Source: a virus
Lineage: Duplodnaviria; Caudoviricetes
IMG/VR virus record: IMGVR_UViG_3300044266_000189
Span: 1 to 45,398 of that record
Reading direction: 5' to 3' (one strand)
Length of the DNA stretch: 45,398 bases
Below, in pieces: positions 28,677 through 35,051 of the stretch (positions within the stretch are counted from its first letter, which is position 1; each line of letters opens with the position of its first letter). The notes under the pieces are model-generated. The model made no database searches and was not told the origin of the DNA. It saw only the letters and a program-made list of their open reading frames with translations. The position numbers and the translations under genes were made by a program.

Positions 28677-28751
28677 CGGAGATTAGGCTAGTGGCAAGTC
28701 GCTCGGTTTGGGACCGAGAAATCGAATGTTCGATTCATTCATCTCCGACCA
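28677..28751 (+). tRNA. tRNA-Pro(TGG)
   Basis: CGGAGAT/ATCTCCG acceptor, CTCGG-TT-TGG-GA-CCGAG, A73, CCA. Confidence 0.93.
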
Positions 28752-28774
28752 TGTTGTTTCCATACAACAGTCGC

Positions 28775-28802
28775 TTGACTTATTGTGTGGTTCGTGTATA
28801 AT
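28775..28802 (+). promoter_or_regulatory. Internal sigma70-type promoter in tRNA array
   Basis: TTGACT-16 nt-TATAAT, preceded by TGTTG...CAACA inverted repeat. Confidence 0.6.
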
Positions 28803-28826
28803 GGTTTACTTAAATGTGAGTAACAA

Positions 28827-28982
28827 AATATTATAGTTAAATGTTATCAAGGTATCGTGTATAGACGTATACACTATTCGGGCCTAACTGGCGAGGGACA
28901 GGTCCTGAGATAACTGCTTAGTCGCTATGGGATGGGCGCACCAGACCCCTAAATGGAGCAGATAACATTTAATTATGATATT
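28827..28982 (+). ncRNA. Unknown structured RNA 1
   Basis: 22-bp closing stem with two G-U pairs; GC-rich interior with hairpins and possible pseudoknot. Confidence 0.7.
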
Positions 28983-28991
28983 AGTTTCAAT

Positions 28992-29067
28992 TCCGGTCAA
29001 GCAAACACGGTGTAGGCGGAGGACTGTTAATCCTTGAAGCGTGGTTCGATTCCACGGACCGGAGCCA
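28992..29067 (+). tRNA. tRNA-Asn(GTT)
   Basis: TCCGGTC/GACCGGA acceptor, CT-GTT-AA loop, G73, CCA; A at position 8, weak D stem. Confidence 0.9.
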
Positions 29068-29073
29068 AAAAAT

Positions 29074-29157
29074 GAAGCAGAAGCATCAATGGTGATGCAC
29101 TGGACTGTAAATTCAGCGCCTCTGGCACGCTTGGTTCGATCCCAAGATGCTCCACCA
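29074..29157 (+). tRNA. tRNA-Tyr(GTA)
   Basis: CTGGA-CT-GTA-AA-TTCAG, long variable arm, A73, CCA; two acceptor mismatches. Confidence 0.8.
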
Positions 29158-29201
29158 GATTTGAAATACGCTTTCTACTAAATATGTAGAAGGAGATTAT
29201 T

Positions 29202-29630
29202 ATGAAACAAAGACAAAATAGTTTTACTGATAATGAATTGATTGAAGCATATAATCAAGAAAAACATTTGGGTAAACTAGCAGTAAAATTTAAAGTTCCA
29301 CATATACAAATGTGGAGAAAATGTAAACAATTAGGATTACAATTTGGTAATGGTGGTGGTAATAATGGAAAGTTTTTACTGGATGATGTATTAAAAGGTT
29401 TACATCCATATTATCAAACTAATAAATTAAGAAAACGATTAATTCGTGAAGGTGTTTTTGAGAATAAATGTTTTTGTTGTGGAATTACTGAATACAACAA
29501 TAAACCAATTGTAATGCAGTTAGACCACGAAAATGGAGATAGTTCAGACCATCGTAAAGAAAATTTAAGGTTGTTGTGTCCTAATTGCCATTCTCAAACC
29601 GAAACATGGTGCGGTAAAAATAAACCATAA
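29202..29630 (+). CDS. HNH homing endonuclease inserted in tRNA array
   Basis: C..CG...LDHENG...D.R.ENLRLLCPNCH; SD AAGGAG. Confidence 0.9.
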   Translation: MKQRQNSFTDNELIEAYNQEKHLGKLAVKFKVPHIQMWRKCKQLGLQFGNGGGNNGKFLLDDVLKGLHPYYQTNKLRKRLIREGVFENKCFCCGITEYNNKPIVMQLDHENGDSSDHRKENLRLLCPNCHSQTETWCGKNKP

Positions 29631-29633
29631 AAA

Positions 29634-29729
29634 AACAGGAGGCCTTGTGTCTGTCAAGCTCACGACCTGTTAAAATAAATGTGAGTGGGAGTTTGTTAGT
29701 TTATCCTTCAGTAGAAGCCAAACTGACAC
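29634..29729 (+). ncRNA. Putative pseudoknot plus hairpin RNA element
   Basis: AACAGG/CCTGTT crossed by GCTCAC/GTGAGT with A-rich linker; TGTTAGTTT/AAACTGACA stem. Confidence 0.45.
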
Positions 29730-29732
29730 CTT

Positions 29733-29806
29733 GCCTTTTTAGTTAAATGGTATAACGCTTGACTTGTAATCATGAATTGTTGGTTCGATTCCATCAAGAG
29801 GCACCA
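29733..29806 (+). tRNA. tRNA-Thr(TGT)
   Basis: GCCTTTT/AAGAGGC acceptor, CT-TGT-AA loop, TTCGATT, CCA. Confidence 0.9.
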
Positions 29807-29824
29807 ATTTTAAGGAGAGTAAAG

Positions 29825-29987
29825 AATTATTATAGTGAAGTGTTTTGCTCGTTATTGTTGAGCGGCATAAACCCCCTGTCGGGTTTCGCTGGATACGGCA
29901 CCGCAAAGTATACAAGAAAACACGCCAGACATTTTAGCATGTGGGCTGGTAGGAAGGGAAGCTACAAAACACTTCACTATAATAATT
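29825..29987 (+). ncRNA. Unknown structured RNA 2
   Basis: Perfect 23-bp terminal inverted repeat enclosing a GC-rich multi-hairpin interior. Confidence 0.7.
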
Positions 29988-29989
29988 TG

Positions 29990-30066
29990 GGGCCTTTAGC
30001 TCAGTTGGTTAGAGCAGTCGGCTCATAACCGTCAGGTCGTTGGATCATACCCAACAAGGCCCACCA
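29990..30066 (+). tRNA. tRNA(CAT), probably Ile2 (lysidine, reads AUA)
   Basis: GGGCCTT/AAGGCCC with C4-G69, C5-G68 TilS-type determinants; resembles E. coli tRNA-Ile2; atypical T loop ATCATAC. Confidence 0.8.
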
Positions 30067-30084
30067 AGTTTACCAAACAAAGCA

Positions 30085-30113
30085 TTGACTTTGTTTATAA
30101 GTAATGATATAGT
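30085..30113 (+). promoter_or_regulatory. sigma70-type promoter for tRNA-Gly-like RNA and tRNA-Gly
   Basis: TTGACT-17 nt-TATAGT with TG extension. Confidence 0.7.
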
Positions 30114-30122
30114 ATTACATAT

Positions 30123-30189
30123 GCGGTGTGTGATAGCACGATTTAAGATTCCCTCTTAAATTATCTGAGCAAAGCAGACCACCGCTCCA
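30123..30189 (+). ncRNA. Non-canonical tRNA-Gly-like RNA (67 nt)
   Basis: GCGGTG/CACCGC-T-CCA acceptor, mini D hairpin, 8-9 bp anticodon stem with TCC loop, T arm lacking TTC. Confidence 0.75.
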
Positions 30190-30190
30190 T

Positions 30191-30264
30191 GCGGGATTAG
30201 TTTAGTGGTAAAACTGGAGATTTCCAATCTCCTGTCGTCAGTTCGATTCTGACATCCCGCTCCA
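30191..30264 (+). tRNA. tRNA-Gly(TCC)
   Basis: GCGGGAT/ATCCCGC, GGAGA-TT-TCC-AA-TCTCC, U73, CCA. Confidence 0.95.
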
Positions 30265-30444
30265 TTATTGAGGATGTGAGAGAAAGAAAAGGAATCCTAA
30301 CTGTTAAGGAGAAACACTATCCTAGCAATATCGTATCCACTATCCGGAGATTTTCTACCATCCCAAAAGTAGAATGAAAGCGTGAGGTCTAGGAGATGGG
30401 TTTTTAAAGCCATCTTAAACACACAACAGTATCCTCAATAATGG
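30262..30444 (+). ncRNA. Unknown structured RNA 3
   Basis: 15-bp closing stem CCATTATTGAGGATG/TATCCTCAATAATGG starting at the tRNA-Gly CCA; internal stems TCCTAG/CTAGGA, TTCTAC/GTAGAA, AGATGG/CCATCT. Confidence 0.6.
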
Positions 30445-30544
30445 ATTTTTTCGATAATACTTATCAAAACATATCATAATTCAAATAAGTCTTTTTTTAA
30501 GTTTTATCGTATAGATAATATTATGATTAACTTTTGGAGATATC

Positions 30545-31003
30545 ATGTCAATTACAATTAATAATTTAGAAAGTGCCTTAGCAGGTGAAAGCCAAGCACA
30601 CATCAAGTACCGTTACTTTGCAAAGATTGCTCGTGAGAATGGTCATGAAGATGTAGCAAAACATTTCGAGCATACAGCAGACCAAGAGTTGCTTCATGCT
30701 TGGGGACATTTGGAATTACTTATCGGTAAACCAAGTACCAAAGAATGTTTAGAAAAGGCCATTGAAGGTGAAACATATGAATTTACCACAATGTATCCAA
30801 AGTTCTTAGAAAATGCAACTAATGAAAAGAACGCACAAGCAACTGTTGAGTTTGTAGAACAAATTGCAGAATCAAAAGAACATGCTGACCAGTTTAAGCA
30901 GAAATTAGAAGTTTTGAATAAAGCCGAAAAACGTTTTGCTGCTTTGAAGAAAGTAGAAGAACGTCATGCTAATGCCTATAAACAAGTTTTGGAGAACCTA
31001 TAA
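30545..31003 (+). CDS. rbr: Rubrerythrin (ferritin-like diiron domain)
   Basis: NLESALAGESQAH.KY..FA, E..HA, GETYE...MYP.F, E..HA. Confidence 0.92.
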   Translation: MSITINNLESALAGESQAHIKYRYFAKIARENGHEDVAKHFEHTADQELLHAWGHLELLIGKPSTKECLEKAIEGETYEFTTMYPKFLENATNEKNAQATVEFVEQIAESKEHADQFKQKLEVLNKAEKRFAALKKVEERHANAYKQVLENL

Positions 31004-31134
31004 TGCGTAGATACTATCGTTGTGTGGTTTGTGGCCACATCCTTGAAGAAGCAGATTACTTAGCACTACCTGATGAAGTTACTTGTCCTGAATGTGGTGT
31101 ATCCAAAGAGGATTATGAATTAGTAGTTGAATAA
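31003..31134 (+). CDS. Rubredoxin-like protein (43 aa, not in ORF track)
   Basis: CVVCGH...LPD...CPECGVSKEDY; TAATG coupling to rubrerythrin. Confidence 0.88.
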   Translation: MRRYYRCVVCGHILEEADYLALPDEVTCPECGVSKEDYELVVE

Positions 31135-31174
31135 GTAATGGAGTAACCGGTTTTCGGTGATTAAAGGAGATATT

Positions 31175-31321
31175 ATGACTAAAGAAATTAAACCCATCAA
31201 AGCTACACCAAAAAGAGTACCTATGATTGAAGGTCGTAAAAACATTCCAAATGTTAAGAACCGAGGACCGGTCTCAGCAAAGTCATCAGCGCCAATGCGT
31301 AGAAGTGGGAGAGGAAGATGA
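31175..31321 (+). CDS. Small basic protein (48 aa)
   Basis: MTKEIKPIKATPKR...APMRRSGRGR*; SD AAGGAG. Confidence 0.65.
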   Translation: MTKEIKPIKATPKRVPMIEGRKNIPNVKNRGPVSAKSSAPMRRSGRGR

Positions 31322-31464
31322 ATCTAAAAGGTGCAGACGAAACTCAAAAAGATCCAGTTCAAGAGCAAGATGAAAAAAATCTAGACGATGAGTTCCACCG
31401 TATTGAACAGGAACAAGAACAGAGAAAAAAATTTAAAGAACCTAGTGCAGCGATTTGGCCATGA
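31318..31464 (+). CDS. Small acidic protein (48 aa)
   Basis: MNLKGADETQKD...DDEFHRIE...AAIWP*; ATGA overlap, GGAGAGG upstream. Confidence 0.6.
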   Translation: MNLKGADETQKDPVQEQDEKNLDDEFHRIEQEQEQRKKFKEPSAAIWP

Positions 31465-31534
31465 TTTCCATCCAAGTAATAAGTATTGAACCTATTACAA
31501 TAAATGTAAATGCAATAATTGGTAATTTGTTCAT
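31442..31534 (-). CDS. Small hydrophobic protein (30 aa)
   Basis: MNKLPIIAFTFIVIGSILITWMEIMAKSLH*; SD GAGG. Confidence 0.5.
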   Translation of the reverse strand: MNKLPIIAFTFIVIGSILITWMEIMAKSLH

Positions 31535-31563
31535 AACGACCTCAAGTTATTTCTAATATATAG

Positions 31564-31683
31564 TTATTTTTGGCTCACAGTTGTTGGTTTTTTCTGATCC
31601 CTTATATCCGATTCTAATACCATTAGTGTAAGCACTAACGCCAGTACTCCTATGAATACTGTTGGTTGTAATCCTTTTTTCAT
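31564..31683 (-). CDS. Small single-TM protein (39 aa)
   Basis: MKKGLQPTVFIGVLALVLTLMVLESDIRDQKKPTTVSQK*; ATGA overlap with upstream minus ORF. Confidence 0.55.
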   Translation of the reverse strand: MKKGLQPTVFIGVLALVLTLMVLESDIRDQKKPTTVSQK

Positions 31684-32108
31684 TTGTATAACTTAAAGAA
31701 GTAAGTAATGAGTGCCGAAACAGTCATACACCACCAGAATAATTCTTGGACTTTGTGGCGGTCAGCATCCATTAATTTTTCTTCTTCTTCCTTTTCTTTT
31801 CTTAGTTTAAGTTTCAAAGACTCAATTTCATTCCATGCTTGGTGACCATATTTCGATATGGCTTGAGCTTTGATTTTTTGTACTTCCTTTTCGTGAGCTT
31901 TTTGCTTTTCATAAGCTTCAAAAGCTCTAAATTCTTCTAAAGATTGTTCGTATGCTTTTCTAGCTGCAGCTTGCATACGTTGTTTGTGTTGGTCTTTGAC
32001 GGCATTTTCCATTGTGGCTTGTTGGTCCCCAACAATACCACCTAGGTCTTTGCTCATTTGATTGGCGCCTTTGAGCACATTCACGCCACTAGATAATGGA
32101 TCTAACAT
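31680..32108 (-). CDS. Hypothetical coiled-coil protein with C-terminal TM helix
   Basis: KYG..AW.EI motif, hydrophobic C-terminus; minus-strand TATAAATA at 32178-32185. Confidence 0.75.
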   Translation of the reverse strand: MLDPLSSGVNVLKGANQMSKDLGGIVGDQQATMENAVKDQHKQRMQAAARKAYEQSLEEFRAFEAYEKQKAHEKEVQKIKAQAISKYGHQAWNEIESLKLKLRKEKEEEEKLMDADRHKVQELFWWCMTVSALITYFFKLYK

Positions 32109-32128
32109 TAAAATATACCGTTATTTGG

Positions 32129-32157
32129 TTGACAAAAAAGACAAAAAATAGTATACT
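32129..32157 (+). promoter_or_regulatory. sigma70-type promoter for gp43 operon
   Basis: TTGACA-17 nt-TATACT. Confidence 0.8.
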
Positions 32158-32200
32158 TTAATTCAAATCATTGTATATATTTATAAAGGAAAAACGTGGT

Positions 32201-32512
32201 ATGAACATTCAAATCTTAAAATTGGTCACTGGAGAAGAAGTTTTAGCGGAAATTGAATCTCAGGATGAATCTTGTTATGTGCTGGTCAATCCAGTCGGTA
32301 TTGCAGTAGTTCGTGGTAAAGATGGTCAACCTAGTGTAGGTCTAGCACCATTTCCACTTCATAGTGAACAAAAGACTGGAGCCACTATTGACATACCTAA
32401 GCGTAGTGTAGTATACTCTTATGTTCCAGCGGAAGATTTCATTAACAATTATAATCAAATCTTTGGTTCTGGTATTGTAGTTCCTCCAACGAAACAAATC
32501 ATTACAGGTTAA
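32201..32512 (+). CDS. Conserved hypothetical protein preceding DNA polymerase
   Basis: ILKLVTGEEVLA...YNQIFGSGIVVP motif typical at this position. Confidence 0.8.
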   Translation: MNIQILKLVTGEEVLAEIESQDESCYVLVNPVGIAVVRGKDGQPSVGLAPFPLHSEQKTGATIDIPKRSVVYSYVPAEDFINNYNQIFGSGIVVPPTKQIITG

Positions 32513-32513
32513 A

Positions 32514-35051
32514 TTGAGTAACTTTTATACTAATGTACAAAGCTTCGGTAATAATATTCTTTATCGAGGTATTCAAAATGGTAAAGCGGTGAGGGAGAGA
32601 ATTGAATATTCTCCTTCACTCTTTATTCCTTCCAAAAAGATAACTAACTTCACCTCACTCGATGGTGATTATCTCGACCAAAAACTCTTTGGTGATATTC
32701 GTGCAGCAAGAGAATACATCAAGCAGTTCGATGGCATTCCTGGCGCACCAAAGATTTATGGACAAACTCGGTTCGAGTATGCTTATATTGCAGACCAACA
32801 TCATGGTATGGTCGATTATGATTTTGACAAAGTTCAAATTGCCGTAATCGATATCGAGGTGGGTTCTGAAAATGGTTTCCCTGATCCATATCAAGCAAAC
32901 GAACCCATCACAGCCATTTGTATCAAGTTTCTAAATCAAGCACCTTTCGTGTTTGCCTGTGGTGAATATGAAGTTCAAGGTAATGAAGTATACATTCGTT
33001 GTAAAGACGAATACAATCTTTGCAAACAATTCATGGAGTTTTGGAAAGACAAATATCCTGATATTGTAACCGGTTGGAATACAAAGTTCTTTGATATACC
33101 ATATCTCATCAATCGATTCAGAAAAATTCTTGGTGAACCTGAAACTAAGAAGTTATCTCCTTGGTCTTATATCTCCGAGCGAAACACCATAATTAATGGT
33201 CGACAGATGACTGCTTATGGTCTACTTGGTGTTGAATCACTTGACTATATTGAATTATACAAATGGTACGCACCTGGCGGTAAGTCACAAGAATCTTATC
33301 GTCTTGATGCAATTGCACAAGTAGAACTTGGTGAAGGTAAAATCTCATATGATGAATATGATAACCTACACTCATTGTATCGTTTAAATTTTCAAAAGTT
33401 TATTGAGTATAACATTAAAGACGTTGAACTTATTATTAAACTGGAAGATAAACTAAAACTGCTTGAGTTGGCCGTAACTCTTGCCTATGATACTAAGACA
33501 AACTTTGAGGATGTCTTTGCACAAACTCGTATGTGGGATTCATTGACCTATTCTTATCTGTTTGAGAAAGGCATCATTGTACCACCAAGAGTAATCAAAG
33601 AAAAAGATTCTGCCTTTGAGGGTGCTTATGTTAAAGAGGTACAAGTTGGTAAACACGATTGGGTGGCATCATTTGACTTGAACTCATTGTATCCGCATTT
33701 GATGATGCAATACAATATCAGTCCTGAAACACTCATCAATCCAGAAAACTATACAGATGACATGCGTGATATTCTCTCGCAAGGTATTTCTGTTGATAAG
33801 ATGTTGGCCAAAAAAGTTGATTTGTCTAAATTGAATGGTGCAACAATTACTCCTAACGGACAATTCTTTCGTACAGACTTCCAAGGTTTCTTACCAAAGA
33901 TGATGGAAGAAATGTATACTGACCGTAAGAAGTTTAAGAAGTTGATGCTTCAAGCAAAACAGGAATATGAAAATGAAACTGACAATTCCAAAAAGTACGA
34001 AATTGAAAAACGTATTGCAAAGTACAATAACATCCAATTGGCTAAGAAAGTATCACTTAATTCTGCTTACGGTGCTCTTGGTTCTCAGTATTTTAGATTT
34101 TATGATTTGCGTATGGCTCTTGGTGTTACTACCGCTGGACAATTATCTATTCGGTGGATAGAAGGTAAGATTAACGATTGGATGAACAAAATATTAAAGA
34201 CTGAAAATGAAGATTACGTTATTGCGAGCGATACTGATTCCATTTATCTTAACCTTGGTCCTCTTGTTACGAGTATCGTTAAAACACCGACTGAAACTCC
34301 TAAAATTATCACCATCATGGATAGAATCTGTGAAGATAAAATTCAACCATATATTGATAGAAGTTACCAAGAGTTGGCTTCGTATGTTAACGCATATCAG
34401 CAGAAGATGGAAATGAAACGAGAAGGTTTGTCCAATGTAGGAATCTGGACTGCCAAGAAACGATACATTCTCAATGTGTATAATAATGAAGGTGTTGCAT
34501 ATAAAGAACCACAACTTAAAGTAATGGGTCTTGAAATGGTGAAGTCATCAACACCTGCCGTTATTCGTGAGAAGATGTATGAGTTGATTAAATTGTTGGT
34601 GACGGGTACAGAAGATGATGTACATAAGTTTATTGAAGATTTCAAAGAACAATTTAAAACATTACCACCTGAAGATATTTCTTCACCAAGAGGTTGTAAT
34701 GGTTTGGCTAAATACTATGATTCGGTAACATTGTATAAACTTGGTACACCAATTCATGTTAAAGGTGCCATTCTCTATAATCATTATCTCAAAGAAAAAG
34801 GATTAACTAAAAAGTATCCTTTGATTCAAGAAGGTGAAAAACTGAAGTATAGTTACCTTAAAACACCAAATCATTTTAAGAATACCGTAATATCTTTTCC
34901 CGGTAGATTACCAAAAGAGTTTGGGCTTGACAATTATATCGATTATGATTTACAATTTGAAAAGTCATTTATAGAACCCATCAAAGTTATTTTGGATTGT
35001 ATGGGATGGACAACAGAAAAAATAAGTAGTCTGGAGGACTTCTTCTCATGA
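32514..35051 (+). CDS. gp43: Family B DNA polymerase
   Basis: ExoI DIE, SFDLNSLYPH, KVSLNSAYG, SDTDS; uninterrupted. Confidence 0.98.
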   Translation: MSNFYTNVQSFGNNILYRGIQNGKAVRERIEYSPSLFIPSKKITNFTSLDGDYLDQKLFGDIRAAREYIKQFDGIPGAPKIYGQTRFEYAYIADQHHGMVDYDFDKVQIAVIDIEVGSENGFPDPYQANEPITAICIKFLNQAPFVFACGEYEVQGNEVYIRCKDEYNLCKQFMEFWKDKYPDIVTGWNTKFFDIPYLINRFRKILGEPETKKLSPWSYISERNTIINGRQMTAYGLLGVESLDYIELYKWYAPGGKSQESYRLDAIAQVELGEGKISYDEYDNLHSLYRLNFQKFIEYNIKDVELIIKLEDKLKLLELAVTLAYDTKTNFEDVFAQTRMWDSLTYSYLFEKGIIVPPRVIKEKDSAFEGAYVKEVQVGKHDWVASFDLNSLYPHLMMQYNISPETLINPENYTDDMRDILSQGISVDKMLAKKVDLSKLNGATITPNGQFFRTDFQGFLPKMMEEMYTDRKKFKKLMLQAKQEYENETDNSKKYEIEKRIAKYNNIQLAKKVSLNSAYGALGSQYFRFYDLRMALGVTTAGQLSIRWIEGKINDWMNKILKTENEDYVIASDTDSIYLNLGPLVTSIVKTPTETPKIITIMDRICEDKIQPYIDRSYQELASYVNAYQQKMEMKREGLSNVGIWTAKKRYILNVYNNEGVAYKEPQLKVMGLEMVKSSTPAVIREKMYELIKLLVTGTEDDVHKFIEDFKEQFKTLPPEDISSPRGCNGLAKYYDSVTLYKLGTPIHVKGAILYNHYLKEKGLTKKYPLIQEGEKLKYSYLKTPNHFKNTVISFPGRLPKEFGLDNYIDYDLQFEKSFIEPIKVILDCMGWTTEKISSLEDFFS

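Noticed and set aside
29759-30028. 89 aa ORF in the ORF track
   Set aside because: Overlaps tRNA-Thr, structured RNA 2 and tRNA(CAT); no SD; spurious.
28827-30444. CRISPR array or retron msr/msd reading of the long inverted repeats
   Set aside because: No direct repeat-spacer periodicity and no cas or reverse transcriptase gene in the window; an RT elsewhere in the genome cannot be excluded.
30450-30535. Fur/OxyR-like operator upstream of rubrerythrin
   Set aside because: GATAA/TTATC palindromes are present but the match to consensus is poor in an AT-rich background.
31450-31464. Trp-Pro-stop ending as a ribosome arrest motif
   Set aside because: No downstream same-strand gene or attenuator structure for it to control.
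32514-35051. Intron, intein or split in DNA polymerase
   Set aside because: Single continuous 845 aa ORF of normal size with all motifs.
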